DNA of 64,000 nucleotides from a bacterium (lineage in GTDB: Bacteria > RBG-13-61-14 > DATKZS01), in contig CAXXFL010000001.1 of assembly GCA_963674965.2 (NCBI GenBank), positions 608,001 through 672,000 of the forward strand, written 5' to 3'. Positions 42,252-52,810 of this stretch are shown here, piece by piece (within the stretch, counting starts at the first letter, position 1; every line of letters begins with the position of its first letter). The position numbers were made by a program, and so were the translations under genes. Below the pieces are notes generated by a model. The model searched no databases. It was not told where the DNA came from and was given only the letters and a program-made list of their open reading frames with translations.

Positions 42252-42941
42252 ATGGCTAACGAACGTATACTGGTGGTGGACGACGAGGAGGATATCCTCG
42301 AGCTTGTCGATTACAATTTGACCAAGAACGGCTTTTCCGTTACGGGCGTAACGAGCGGGGAGGACGCCCTTGCCCGGGCTCGGGCCGATTTGCCCGACCT
42401 GGTGATCCTCGACCTTATGCTTCCCGGCGTGGACGGGCTGGACGTATGCAAGATATTGAAAAGCGACGGCAAGACTTCCCATATCCCCATCCTCATGCTC
42501 ACGGCCAAGGGTGAGGAGGCCGACGTGGTTACGGGACTCGAGTTGGGCGCCGACGACTACGTTACCAAGCCTTTCAGTCCCCGCGTTCTGGTGGCCAGGG
42601 TGAGGGCGGTCCTTCGCGCCCGGGCCAAGGCCTCGATCGAGGACGACAACGAGAAAGTCAAGATACACGGGCTGGTGATCGATCCCACCCGCTACGAGGC
42701 GCTGGTGGAAGGAGAGCCGGTCTATTTGACTCATTCCGAGTTTCGACTGCTTTTCCTGCTCGGCCGGAGGCCCGGAAGGGTGTTCACCCGAGAGCAGATA
42801 ATCGACAACGTCCATGGCTTCGACTACGCGGTGACCAACCGCTCGGTTGACGTCCTTATCGCCGGACTTCGTAAAAAACTGGGCGACCGGGGCGGCCTTA
42901 TCGAGACCGTGCGTGGCGTCGGCTACAGGATGAAGGATTAA
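42252..42941 (+). CDS. phoB: Phosphate regulon response regulator (OmpR family)
   Basis: Receiver (VDDE, LDLMLPG, KPF) plus wHTH (IETVRGVGY); adjacent to the pst operon. Confidence 0.9.
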   Translation: MANERILVVDDEEDILELVDYNLTKNGFSVTGVTSGEDALARARADLPDLVILDLMLPGVDGLDVCKILKSDGKTSHIPILMLTAKGEEADVVTGLELGADDYVTKPFSPRVLVARVRAVLRARAKASIEDDNEKVKIHGLVIDPTRYEALVEGEPVYLTHSEFRLLFLLGRRPGRVFTREQIIDNVHGFDYAVTNRSVDVLIAGLRKKLGDRGGLIETVRGVGYRMKD

Positions 42942-42944
42942 TCC

Positions 42945-44708
42945 ATGCGGATCAGGCGGCTCCTGTGGCAGCTTTTCTTCTCCTATCTTTTTATCACGAT
43001 ATTTTCCCTGGCGGCGGCCCTGTTTTTCGCGTCCTGGGCGGTCCAGGGTTTTTACCAGGAAAAGATCGAGGAATCCCTCGAGACCCGGGCGCGGCTTCTG
43101 GAGAAAAACGTAACTCGGCGGCTTGTTAACGGCGAGCCCGGACTCGATCCTCTTATGGTCGAGCTTGGCAAGAGCGCGAAAACGCGTCTGACCGTAATCC
43201 TTCCCGACGGCAAGGTGGTGGCCGACTCGGAGAAGGACCCGGAACAAATGGACAACCACTCGGACCGCCCTGAAATAAAAAAGGCCTACTCGGGCGAGGT
43301 GGGCCGGAACTCGAGATATAGCCACACTCTCAAGACCGACATGGTCTACGTCGCCGTTCCCCTGATGGACAACTCGAAAGTAGTGGGCGTTCTTCGCGCC
43401 TCGACCCCCGTCGAGTCGGTCGGCGCCGCCCTGCATGACGTCCGGTCCATGCTTATCCTGGGCGGCCTTATCGCCGCTTTGGCCGCCGCCGTGACCAGCC
43501 TTTACGTGTCCAGGAAAATAACCAAGCCCCTGGAGGAGATGAAAAAAGTCGCCGAGCGCTTTTCCGCCGGCGAGCTCGATCTCCGCATGCCCGTGCCCGA
43601 CTCGGTGGAGGTGGCGGGCCTGGCCGAGGCCATGAACGAGATGGCCACCCAACTGGACGAGCGCATTCGAGTGATCAACGAGCAAAAGGGAAGGCAGGAG
43701 GCGATCCTCTCAAGCATGCAGGAGGGCGTCATCGCCGTGGACGGCGACGAAAGAATTATCAGCGTCAACGACTCGGCCGTTCAGATGCTGGGCATACGGG
43801 GCGAGGCCAAAGGCAGGACCGTAAGGGAGGTGGCAAGGAACGCGGACCTGCACGAGCTGGTTTCCCGCACTATCTCGAGCAAGGAAAAATCCGAGGCCGA
43901 GCTGACCATTAACGGCGAATCGGAGCGTTTCCTTCAGGCCCACGGGGCGGTGCTTCGCGACGCCAGGGGCTCGGCCATTGGAGCGGTCATAGTCCTTAAC
44001 GACGTCACCCGGATGAGGAAGCTCGAGGCGATAAGAAGGGACTTCGTGGGCAACGTGTCCCACGAGCTTCGGACCCCGGTGACATCGATCAAGGGTTTCG
44101 TCGAGACCCTTAACGACGGGGCCCTTGACAACCCCGAGGACGCCCGGCGGTTTCTTGGAATCATCTCCCGACAGGTGGACCAGCTTAACGCCCTCCTGGA
44201 GGACCTTTTATTATTGTCCAGGATCGAGAGCGGCCAGACCGAGAGCCCCATCAACTTCGCCGTGGAAAGGCTAAGGCCCGTTCTGGAGTCGGCCATCGAG
44301 GTCTCGAGCCTCAAGGCCGCGGCCAAGGACATAAATATTGGACTTAACTGTGATAAAGACCTCGAGGTCCGTATCAACTCTCCTCTTTTGACCCAGGCGA
44401 TCGTCAATCTAATAGATAACGCTGTCAACTATTCCAAGCCAGGCGGGGCGGTTATCGTCGAGGCGGAGACCACCGATCGAGGCGTCCGCATATCGGTCAA
44501 GGACAAGGGCAAGGGCATCGAGCCCGAGCATATCGGCCGTATTTTCGAGAGGTTCTACCGCGTGGACAAGGCCCGGAGCCGGAAGATGGGCGGCACCGGA
44601 TTGGGCCTGGCCATCGTCAAACATATTAGCCAGGCCCACGGCGGAAGCGTTGACGTAACCTCCAGGCCCGGCTCGGGCAGTACTTTCTTCATCGATTTGC
44701 CCTTATAA
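42945..44708 (+). CDS. phoR: Phosphate regulon sensor histidine kinase (HAMP-PAS-HisKA-HATPase)
   Basis: NHSDRPE, NVSHELRTP, FERFYRVDKARSR, GGTGLGLAIVKH. Confidence 0.92.
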   Translation: MRIRRLLWQLFFSYLFITIFSLAAALFFASWAVQGFYQEKIEESLETRARLLEKNVTRRLVNGEPGLDPLMVELGKSAKTRLTVILPDGKVVADSEKDPEQMDNHSDRPEIKKAYSGEVGRNSRYSHTLKTDMVYVAVPLMDNSKVVGVLRASTPVESVGAALHDVRSMLILGGLIAALAAAVTSLYVSRKITKPLEEMKKVAERFSAGELDLRMPVPDSVEVAGLAEAMNEMATQLDERIRVINEQKGRQEAILSSMQEGVIAVDGDERIISVNDSAVQMLGIRGEAKGRTVREVARNADLHELVSRTISSKEKSEAELTINGESERFLQAHGAVLRDARGSAIGAVIVLNDVTRMRKLEAIRRDFVGNVSHELRTPVTSIKGFVETLNDGALDNPEDARRFLGIISRQVDQLNALLEDLLLLSRIESGQTESPINFAVERLRPVLESAIEVSSLKAAAKDINIGLNCDKDLEVRINSPLLTQAIVNLIDNAVNYSKPGGAVIVEAETTDRGVRISVKDKGKGIEPEHIGRIFERFYRVDKARSRKMGGTGLGLAIVKHISQAHGGSVDVTSRPGSGSTFFIDLPL

Positions 44709-44725
44709 TCCGAAATGTTAGCGAT

Positions 44726-44763
44726 CTAACCAAAACCTTATATTCCTCGAACCAAAGCCTAAA
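44726..44763 (+). promoter_or_regulatory. Putative Pho box upstream of the porin-pst operon
   Basis: CTAAC, CTTAT, CGAAC and CTAAA at 44726, 44737, 44748 and 44759 (11-bp period). Confidence 0.45.
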
Positions 44764-44837
44764 GCTACCCTGCTATCTTCTTCCAAAATTTTTGGCAAGG
44801 AGATTTTTGTATGTTGTTCAACCAGAAAGAGGCAATC

Positions 44838-46103
44838 ATGAAACGGTACAAGTCAATAGGAAAAGTGGCGGCCCTCGCGGCCGTCTTGTTCGCGATGCTT
44901 TTCGCCACCGGCGCCAAAGCCGATGACGAGGCGTCGCTCGATCTGGACAAGTCGCTGTCGGGACTGAAGATCGAGGTCCTGGCCTACATCGACTACTCGG
45001 CGGGTTCCACTCCCCTGGCGGACGAAAAGGAAGAGTACTATAACCGCTTCGCGCTTACCAGAGGATACTTCACCATCAAGAAAAGCCTGAACGACTGGCT
45101 CGGGTTCCGCTTCACCTCGGACCTCGCCCAGGAGACCAAGGCTGAAGGCACCAAGCTGAACGAGAGCTACGTTGTGCGCATCAAGTACTTCTACGCCGAA
45201 CTTAAACCTCAGGACCTTTGGATTCTGACTAACATGAAAGCCGAGATCGGACTGGGCCACACGCCCTGGCTGGACTTCGAGGAACACAACATGAACCCCT
45301 ACCGCTGCCAGGGAACCATGCCCATCGAGCGGGCCCACGTGTTCAACTCCGCGGACACGGGCGTCAGCATCAGGGGTAACTTCGGCGGCAAGCTCGAGGA
45401 CGCCAAGGCCAAGACCGGCAACTCCCATTACGACGGCCGTTACGGAAGCTGGCATATAGGCGTTTACAACGGCGGCGGCTATCACGAGGTTGAGAACAAC
45501 CAGAACAAGCTGGTCGAGGGCCGCGTTACTCTCCGTCCCCTCCCCGATATCCTGCCCGGCCTCCAGTTCAGCTACCTTGGAATCTACGGCGACGCCAACG
45601 TGGCCGTCGATGACGTGGTCGCTGGAGTCACCCTCGAGGAAATCCCCGAATATCAGGTCAATATGTTTATGGTCAGCTTCGAGCATCCGTCCTTTTTATT
45701 CAACGGCCAGTATTTCACCACCAAGAACAAGGCCGGCGGCGGCTGGATCGATCCCATGGGCGAGTCCCTGGAAACGGTCGGCTATTCCGGGTTCGTCAAC
45801 GTGAAAATCCCCGGAACCGACAATAAACTCAACGTGTTCGGCAGGTATGACTGGTTCGACATCGACCCGGACGACAAGTACGCGGCGATCGATCCTATCA
45901 CCAATGAAGCCATGAAGGATTCGGCTTTCTCGACCATCATTGCGGGAATAGCTTACGACGTGTACAAAAACAACCTCCTCCTCGTCGCCTGGGAGAACAC
46001 GGACTATGAAGAGGACGCCAACGTGAAAGACAAGCTGCCCGTGGCCGACAACAGGCTGGGCAAAGAGGATAAAATCCAGGTCGTGTGGCAGATTAAAATG
46101 TAG
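44838..46103 (+). CDS. Outer-membrane beta-barrel porin, probably phosphate-selective
   Basis: Signal peptide, alternating beta-strand pattern, terminal QVVWQIKM; located between phoR and pstS. Confidence 0.75.
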   Translation: MKRYKSIGKVAALAAVLFAMLFATGAKADDEASLDLDKSLSGLKIEVLAYIDYSAGSTPLADEKEEYYNRFALTRGYFTIKKSLNDWLGFRFTSDLAQETKAEGTKLNESYVVRIKYFYAELKPQDLWILTNMKAEIGLGHTPWLDFEEHNMNPYRCQGTMPIERAHVFNSADTGVSIRGNFGGKLEDAKAKTGNSHYDGRYGSWHIGVYNGGGYHEVENNQNKLVEGRVTLRPLPDILPGLQFSYLGIYGDANVAVDDVVAGVTLEEIPEYQVNMFMVSFEHPSFLFNGQYFTTKNKAGGGWIDPMGESLETVGYSGFVNVKIPGTDNKLNVFGRYDWFDIDPDDKYAAIDPITNEAMKDSAFSTIIAGIAYDVYKNNLLLVAWENTDYEEDANVKDKLPVADNRLGKEDKIQVVWQIKM

Positions 46104-46161
46104 CGCTATTGATAGACTAACTATCTAATTTATTATGCAATTACTACAAAGGAGATCAAAA

Positions 46162-47202
46162 ATGAAAAAACTGCTAATAGCTCTTATGGCCATCGGCCTA
46201 GTCCTGGCCTCGGGCGCCGGCATGGCTGAAGACAAGATGATTAACGGCGCGGGCGCGAGCTTCCCTTACCCGATCTACTCGAAGTGGGCGTACGAGTACA
46301 AGACCCTCACCGACGTGGCCCTCAACTACCAGTCCATTGGCTCCGGCGGCGGCATCAAGCAGATCAAGGCCAAGACCGTCGATTTCGGCGCCTCGGACGC
46401 TCCTCTCAAGCCCGAGGAGCTTAATGAATCCGGGCTCCTCCAGTTCCCCATGATCATCGGCGGCGTGGTCCCGGTCGTCAACGTGAAGGGAATCAAGGCG
46501 GGCGAGCTTAAGCTTACCCCCCAGGCCCTGGCCGACATTTTTCTTGGCAAGATCAAGAAATGGAACGACAAGGCCATCAAGGACGCCAATCCCGGGCTCA
46601 ATCTTCCCGACACCGACATAACCGTCGTGCATCGCGCCGACGGCTCCGGGACTACCTGGATTTACACCAACTACCTCGATAAAGTCAGCAAGGAATGGCA
46701 CGAGCAGGTCGGGACCGACAAGGCCGTCGAGTGGCCCACCGGCGTGGGTGGAAAAGGCAACGAGGGCGTGGCCACCTACGTGCAGAAGGTCGGCGGCTCC
46801 ATCGGTTACGTCGAGTACGCTTACGCCATCCAGAACAAGCTGACCCACGTTCTGCTCCAGAACAAGGCCGGCAAATTCGTGGCCCCCGACATCAAGACCT
46901 TCCAGGCCGCCGCGGCCAACGCCGACTGGAAAAACGCGCCCGGCTACTACCTGGTGCTGACCGACCAGCCCGGCGACGATAGCTGGCCCATTACCGGCGC
47001 GTCTTTCATCCTCGTTTACAAAAACCAGGACAACGCCGAGAAGGCCAAGATGGTCCTCGATTTCTTCGAATGGTGTTATAAGCACGGAGCCGAGCCCGCC
47101 GAGGAGCTCCATTACGTGCCCATCCCCATGAACGTGGTGGAAATGGTCGAGGATACCTGGTCCAAGGAAATAAAGAGCGGAGGTTCTACGGTCTGGAAAT
47201 GA
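46162..47202 (+). CDS. pstS: Phosphate ABC transporter substrate-binding protein
   Basis: GAGASFP, YQSIGSGGG, DFGASD, RADGSGTT. Confidence 0.96.
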   Translation: MKKLLIALMAIGLVLASGAGMAEDKMINGAGASFPYPIYSKWAYEYKTLTDVALNYQSIGSGGGIKQIKAKTVDFGASDAPLKPEELNESGLLQFPMIIGGVVPVVNVKGIKAGELKLTPQALADIFLGKIKKWNDKAIKDANPGLNLPDTDITVVHRADGSGTTWIYTNYLDKVSKEWHEQVGTDKAVEWPTGVGGKGNEGVATYVQKVGGSIGYVEYAYAIQNKLTHVLLQNKAGKFVAPDIKTFQAAAANADWKNAPGYYLVLTDQPGDDSWPITGASFILVYKNQDNAEKAKMVLDFFEWCYKHGAEPAEELHYVPIPMNVVEMVEDTWSKEIKSGGSTVWK

Positions 47203-47258
47203 CTATACCACTGAAATTTAAAGCAAATTTAATTATCTTCCGAATGGAAGGAGATTAA

Positions 47259-48212
47259 ATGTCTCAAAGTCAAAAAAAGCAAGACGGGTCGGCCCTGAAG
47301 TCCGGGGCCGATTCCGTTTTTCAATGGGCCTCTGCGGCCTGCGCCGCTTTCCTTCTTATCATTATTGCCGGCATATTTCTCGAGCTCGTCTGGAACTCGA
47401 GGCTGAGCATGAAAGAGTTCGGCTTCGGGTTCCTTATCTCCGACTCCTGGAACCCGGTCACGGACAAATTCGGGGCCCTTACCAGCGTGTACGGCACGCT
47501 CGTGTCCACGGCCATCGCCATGGTTATCGCCGTGCCCATCTCCCTCGTGACAGCGCTTTTCCTGGTCGAGCTGGCCCATCCGGTCCTCAGCAAGATCGTG
47601 GGCGGGGGCATCGAGCTTTTGGCCGCCGTGCCCAGCATCATCTACGGCATGTGGGGCCTTTTCGTTTTCGCCCCTTTCATGCAGGACCACATCCAGCCGT
47701 TTATCAAGGACCACCTGGGTTTCCTGCCTCTTTTCAGCGGCCCGCCCATGGGCATCGGCATGCTGACGGCCGGCATCATACTTGCCCTCATGATCCTGCC
47801 CTTTATCTCGGCCGTCTCGAGGGACGTTTTTCAGATGGTTCCCTCAGTGGTCAAGGAGTCGGCCTACGGCATGGGCTCGACCACCTGGGAGGCCACCAGA
47901 AAGGTCACCCTCCGCTACGGCATCAAAGGCATCGTGGGCGCCTGTTTCCTCGGGCTGGGAAGGGCCATCGGCGAGACCATGGCCGTGACCTTCGTGATCG
48001 GCAACAACCACAAGGTCAGCCCCTCTTTATTCAGCGCGGGCAACTCGATCGCCTCGACCCTGGCCAACGAGTTCACCGAGGCCTCGGAGCCTTTATACCT
48101 CAGCGTCCTGGTCGAGCTGGGCCTGGTATTGTTCGGCATCACCATTATCGTGCAGATACTGGCTCGGCTGTGGCTGGGCAGGATGGAAAAATCCATGGGG
48201 GCCGGACTATGA
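47259..48212 (+). CDS. pstC: Phosphate ABC transporter permease
   Basis: ELLAAVPSIIYG.WG, GRAIGETMAV. Confidence 0.96.
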   Translation: MSQSQKKQDGSALKSGADSVFQWASAACAAFLLIIIAGIFLELVWNSRLSMKEFGFGFLISDSWNPVTDKFGALTSVYGTLVSTAIAMVIAVPISLVTALFLVELAHPVLSKIVGGGIELLAAVPSIIYGMWGLFVFAPFMQDHIQPFIKDHLGFLPLFSGPPMGIGMLTAGIILALMILPFISAVSRDVFQMVPSVVKESAYGMGSTTWEATRKVTLRYGIKGIVGACFLGLGRAIGETMAVTFVIGNNHKVSPSLFSAGNSIASTLANEFTEASEPLYLSVLVELGLVLFGITIIVQILARLWLGRMEKSMGAGL

Positions 48213-49057
48213 AAAGGCGGGGAGTCGCGCTTCGCCGGGCAACCGACAAGGCGGTCAAGGTCATCTCGGCCGTGTCGTCCCTTATCGGCGTGTTCTTTTT
48301 GGGCTGGATACTCTACGTGGTGCTCGACCGAGGCTTCGACGCCTTTAACCTGGCCTTTTTCACCCAGCTTCCCCGTCCTCCCATGGTCGAGGGAGGCGGC
48401 ATGGCCAACGCCATGCTCGGCACTTTGATGATAACCGCTCTGGCCACGGTTATTGGCGTTCCCATCGGGATCATGGGCGGCATCTATTTGTCCGAGTTCG
48501 GGCTCGAGAACCGTTTGGCCTCGTCGGTAAGGTTCTATTCCAACGTGCTCATGGGCACGCCCTCGATCATCATCGGAGTGTTCGTTTACGGCATTCTGGT
48601 CGAGCCCATGCGTCGCTTCTCGGGATACGCGGGCGCCGCGGCCTTGGCCATCATCATGCTCCCGGTGATCGCCCGGACCACGGAGGACATGCTGAACCTG
48701 GTCCCCAATTCCCTTCGCGAGTCGGCCCTGGCCCTGGGCGCGCCCAGGTGGAGGGTCACCCTGGGAGTGGTCATCAAGTCGGCGCGGACGGGCATGATTA
48801 CGGGGGTCCTGCTCGCCATCGCCCGGGTGGGAGGCGAGACGGCGCCTCTTTTATTCACCGCCTTCAACAACAACCTCATGTGGCCGACCAACTTCAACCA
48901 GCCCACGGCCAATTTGACGGTCACGATCTTCAACTACGCCATGAGCCCTTACGAAGACTGGAAACGCCAGGCATGGGGGGCATCTCTGTTAATCATGGTG
49001 GGCGTCCTGGCCGTAACCATTGCCTCCCGAATGATCTTTCGGGCGAACAAGGAATGA
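48209..49057 (+). CDS. pstA: Phosphate ABC transporter permease
   Basis: PSIIIG.F, RE.ALALGA..W, AR..GETAPL; ATGA overlap with pstC. Confidence 0.95.
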   Translation: MKRRGVALRRATDKAVKVISAVSSLIGVFFLGWILYVVLDRGFDAFNLAFFTQLPRPPMVEGGGMANAMLGTLMITALATVIGVPIGIMGGIYLSEFGLENRLASSVRFYSNVLMGTPSIIIGVFVYGILVEPMRRFSGYAGAAALAIIMLPVIARTTEDMLNLVPNSLRESALALGAPRWRVTLGVVIKSARTGMITGVLLAIARVGGETAPLLFTAFNNNLMWPTNFNQPTANLTVTIFNYAMSPYEDWKRQAWGASLLIMVGVLAVTIASRMIFRANKE

Positions 49058-49061
49058 CTTG

Positions 49062-49907
49062 ATGGAAGTAACGACCATGGAATCGAATATAAATACGGAC
49101 GAAAAACAAGCGGGAGAAAAGGGGCCGGTAAAATTGGTGTCAGACAATCCACATCCACTCAAGATCGAGACCAGGGGCCTGAACTTTTTCTACGGCGACC
49201 ACCAGGCTCTTTTCGACAACGACCTCCAGATCGAGGCGAACAAGGTCACCGCCGTTATCGGTCCCTCCGGCTGCGGGAAGTCCACTCACATCCGGGTTTA
49301 CAACCGCATATACGAGCTCTACCGGGGACATCGGGCCGCGGGCGAGATCATCATGGACGGGGAGAACATACTGGCGCCCGGATGCGACCTGCTCGAGCTT
49401 CGGCGGCGGGTGGGAATGATCTTCCAGAAGCCAACGCCCTTCCCCATGAGCGTCTACGAGAACGTGGCCTACGGGCTCAAGCTCCATTACAAGCTGAGCA
49501 AGGAAAAGACGGCCGAGAAGGTCGAGAAGTCTCTCAAGCTGGCGGCCCTGTGGGACGAGGTCAAGGACAAGCTCAATCGTCCGGCCACCGCCTTGTCCGG
49601 CGGCCAGCAACAAAGGCTTTGTATCGCCCGGGCCGTCGCGGTCGAGCCCGAGGTCATGCTGATGGACGAGCCGACCTCCGCCATCGACCCCGTGGCCACG
49701 GCCAGGATCGAGGAACTAATCGAGAAGCTAAAAGAGGATTATACTATCGTCATCGTAACCCATAACATGCAGCAGGCCGCCAGGGTTTCGGACTATACGG
49801 CCTTTTTCTACCAGGGAAAGATAATCGAGTTCGGCGCCACGAAAAAGATTTTCACTAACCCGGAAAAGAAACAAACCGAGGATTACGTGACCGGAAGATT
49901 CGGATAG
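49062..49907 (+). CDS. pstB: Phosphate ABC transporter ATP-binding protein
   Basis: [41 protein letters not shown]. Confidence 0.97.
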   Translation: MEVTTMESNINTDEKQAGEKGPVKLVSDNPHPLKIETRGLNFFYGDHQALFDNDLQIEANKVTAVIGPSGCGKSTHIRVYNRIYELYRGHRAAGEIIMDGENILAPGCDLLELRRRVGMIFQKPTPFPMSVYENVAYGLKLHYKLSKEKTAEKVEKSLKLAALWDEVKDKLNRPATALSGGQQQRLCIARAVAVEPEVMLMDEPTSAIDPVATARIEELIEKLKEDYTIVIVTHNMQQAARVSDYTAFFYQGKIIEFGATKKIFTNPEKKQTEDYVTGRFG

Positions 49908-49918
49908 GAGCTTACAGC

Positions 49919-50587
49919 ATGTCGAGCCATCTGCAAAAAGAAATCGAGAACCTCAAGAAGAAACTCCTCTACCTGGGCGCCATGGTGGAGGAAAGCCTCA
50001 GAATATCCATCAAGTCCCTTCGCGACCTCAACCAGCGCATGGCCAGGGGAGTGATCGACAACGACTTCGAGGTGGACAGGATGGAGGTCGAGCTGGAGGA
50101 GGAGTGCCTCAAGGTCCTGGCCCTTCATCAGCCCGTGGCCGTGGACCTGCGCTTTATCGTGGCCATTCTGAAAATTAACGCCGACCTCGAGAGGATCGGC
50201 GACCTGGCCGTCAACATCGCCGAGCGGACCATGTACCTGGCCCAGAGGCCCCGCGTCGAGATAGAGTTCGACTACCGCGAGATGGCACGCAAGGCCGAGA
50301 AGATGGTCGAGAAGAGCCTGGACGCCCTGGTCAACATGGACGCGGACCTGGCCCGCGAGGTTTGCGGCTCGGACGACGCCGTCGACGACCTTAACCGTGA
50401 GATGTTCAACTTCGGCATGGACTATATAAGGACCCATCCGGACAGGGCCGACTGCATCATCCGCTACATGCTGGTGGCCCGACACCTCGAGCGCGTGGCC
50501 GACCACGCCACCAACATCGCCGAGGACGTCATCTACATGGTGGACGGTGAGATCGTCAGACACCGCTGGGACCTGAACGAGTCGTGA
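49919..50587 (+). CDS. phoU: Phosphate signalling protein PhoU
   Basis: QPVAVDLR, DLERIGDLA.NIA, LERVADHATNIAE. Confidence 0.97.
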   Translation: MSSHLQKEIENLKKKLLYLGAMVEESLRISIKSLRDLNQRMARGVIDNDFEVDRMEVELEEECLKVLALHQPVAVDLRFIVAILKINADLERIGDLAVNIAERTMYLAQRPRVEIEFDYREMARKAEKMVEKSLDALVNMDADLAREVCGSDDAVDDLNREMFNFGMDYIRTHPDRADCIIRYMLVARHLERVADHATNIAEDVIYMVDGEIVRHRWDLNES

Positions 50588-50658
50588 TCCATTACCGCCT
50601 CCCGACCTCCATGCGGACCCCCAACGCGGGATGACCCTTACGGTTAGAAAAAACCTAT

Positions 50659-50689
50659 GAGGGGTTCATCAGAACCCCTCAACTTTATT
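50659..50689 (+). terminator. Stem-loop after phoU, possible terminator
   Basis: GAGGGGTTC-ATCA-GAACCCCTC followed by a short T-rich tract. Confidence 0.5.
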
Positions 50690-51128
50690 ACAGTCTTAGC
50701 ATATTCCTGTTTATTTGTCCAGAGTTATAGCTTCACAGCACTTCACAAAAACACCACCCATTTAGCAACATTTCAGGCAGTATTGACAAGCTATGGACAC
50801 TAGATGGACACAAAAATAGAGGTTTTCCCAAACTCTGCTTGACTACAACGGAACCTGAAGTTTCTTTCACATTATAGACCGATACGAGTCACCGATTAAT
50901 CATTTTATTTTTGCCTGGACGGTTCCTCAAGCCTGTCTCACCAAATCAACCAGCCCAGCCCGCAAACGAAATAGTCCTAGGGAACCGTGTTCTTATTAAC
51001 GGCGTCGTAAAAGCTCCTCTGCTTATTCTCCGGCTTGTACATACAAAACCTCCAGCTTGATATCGTAGCGGTGGATGATCTCTATCATCACAAGTAAATG
51101 AGGACGTTTTACAACTGTCTGTATATAT

Positions 51129-51596
51129 CTATTTAGATTTAGTTGAGATGTATCTATAACCTTTTTCACATTGCATGTCGTCAGAAATATGATATATTTC
51201 TCCTTTTTCATTAATAGCCCAAATTTCAAGACAATCGTCTTTATCTAGATTGGTTATTGTATAAATCCAATACTCATTATTTGTTGCCTTCTTTTCGAGA
51301 AAATCAGGTATATTTAAATCAATACGTGGCGTCTGATGTTTGAAATAATATTTCTCATCGCCAAGGAAATATATATAAGAAGGAGAAGGGTATATCATGT
51401 CTTTTTCGAAGTCAAATTCATCGAAAGAAGTGGCATATCTACCGTACTTATTAAAATATGCTTTTTGTCGTTTATACAAACCTTCTAATGTCTCTTTTCC
51501 ATAATTTTGCAAAGACAACTTATGGACAATATCGGTCACACAAGAATATTGATAGAGTATAAATAAGACAATTATGAATACAAATCTACTTTTCAT
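51129..51596 (-). CDS. AT-rich exported protein resembling a type IV pilin globular domain but lacking the prepilin motif
   Basis: L..LY..QKAYF..YGRYA and NLDKD...EIWAIN patterns; GGAGGTG RBS; N-terminus is a signal/lipobox-like helix. Confidence 0.6.
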   Translation of the reverse strand: MKSRFVFIIVLFILYQYSCVTDIVHKLSLQNYGKETLEGLYKRQKAYFNKYGRYATSFDEFDFEKDMIYPSPSYIYFLGDEKYYFKHQTPRIDLNIPDFLEKKATNNEYWIYTITNLDKDDCLEIWAINEKGEIYHISDDMQCEKGYRYISTKSK

Positions 51597-51793
51597 ATTT
51601 CACCTCCAATTGTATCATTTATGTATATGCGTTATTTGCTCCTATTACCACAAGCTCACATGTAATCGTCCAATATTATTTTCTTTAGCATTTAGCGCTC
51701 AGATATTAAGGCTCATATCTTACGGTTTCAGTCCTTCCATATTTCATAAAAGGCGGAATGTGTCAAGCAAAATGAGACACGCCTTTCCTGAAT

Positions 51794-52810
51794 TTAGTGT
51801 GGCAAACTGTTTATTTCCTCCGGTTTCGCCGGTGGGTTGATCCACGCTTTGCCGGGCAACTCCGGCGCCGTCGGCGGTCTTTTCACGAAGCGCTCCGGTT
51901 TTTTTTCATAGGCGTGGTCGAGCGTTTTTTGCCGGGCGGCCACGATCTCGCTCGCCATTCCGTAATGGACCATCTCGGGCGTCATCAGGCCGATCCCGGT
52001 GTGCCGATGCTCGCGGTTGTACCAATCGAAAAACTTCACGCAAAAGGCCCTGGCGTCCTCGATGGAGCCGAACCGGCTCGGGAACTCGGGCCGGTACTTC
52101 ATGGTCTTGAACTGGCTTTCCGAGTAGGGGTTGTCGTCGGACACGTGGGGCCGCGAGTGGCTCTTGGTCACGCCCAGGTCGGCCATCAAGAAGGCCACCG
52201 GCTTTGATTTCATCGAACTCCCCCGGTCGGCGTGGATGGTGAGTTGTCCCGGCTCGATCCCCTGTTTTCGGATGCTGTCCCCGATCAGGCGGCGGGCCAG
52301 CTCCGCGCTTTCGCGTCCGGCGATCATCCATCCCACCACGCAGCGGCTGAAGATGTCCATGATCACGTAGAGTTGGTAGCAGGTCCATTTGGCCGGTCCC
52401 TTGAGTTTGGTGACGTCCCAGGACCAGACCTGGTTGGGGGCCTCGGCCAGCAACTCGGGTTTTTTGTATCGGGGACGCCGGAGTTGGTTGCGCCGCTCCC
52501 GGACTTCCTTTTCCGAGTCGAGGACGCGGTACATGGTGCGGACCGAGCACAGCCATGTCCCCTCGTCCAGGAGCGTTGCCCAGACCTCGCGGGGGGCCTT
52601 GTCGGCAAAGCGCTCGGAGTGGAGTTCGTCCAGCACCCGGCGCCGCTCGTCCTCGCTCAACGACCTTGCCGGCTTGGCCGCGCGCCTCGGCGGCGGAGGC
52701 CCGAAGGGAATTTTAGCGCGACGATTAAACGTTGCTCGCGACAGGCCCAGGGCCTCGCAGGCGGCCTTGGCGCCGACCCGGGGAGCGGCCGTGCTTGCCG
52801 ATTCCATCAT
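51794..52810 (-). CDS. IS3-family transposase OrfB (DDE integrase core)
   Basis: PNQVWSWD.T, DIFSR, HADRG, DNPYSES.FKT.K, WYN..H.H. Confidence 0.95.
   Translation of the reverse strand: MMESASTAAPRVGAKAACEALGLSRATFNRRAKIPFGPPPPRRAAKPARSLSEDERRRVLDELHSERFADKAPREVWATLLDEGTWLCSVRTMYRVLDSEKEVRERRNQLRRPRYKKPELLAEAPNQVWSWDVTKLKGPAKWTCYQLYVIMDIFSRCVVGWMIAGRESAELARRLIGDSIRKQGIEPGQLTIHADRGSSMKSKPVAFLMADLGVTKSHSRPHVSDDNPYSESQFKTMKYRPEFPSRFGSIEDARAFCVKFFDWYNREHRHTGIGLMTPEMVHYGMASEIVAARQKTLDHAYEKKPERFVKRPPTAPELPGKAWINPPAKPEEINSLPH

Noticed and set aside
42237-43685. Long antisense ORFs opposite phoBR, the activator gene, anSME and others
   Set aside because: Typical antisense shadows of high-GC genes whose sense strands have clear family motifs.
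50588-50660. tRNA or tmRNA 3' end as an integration site
   Set aside because: No T-loop GTTCGA or cloverleaf could be recognised.
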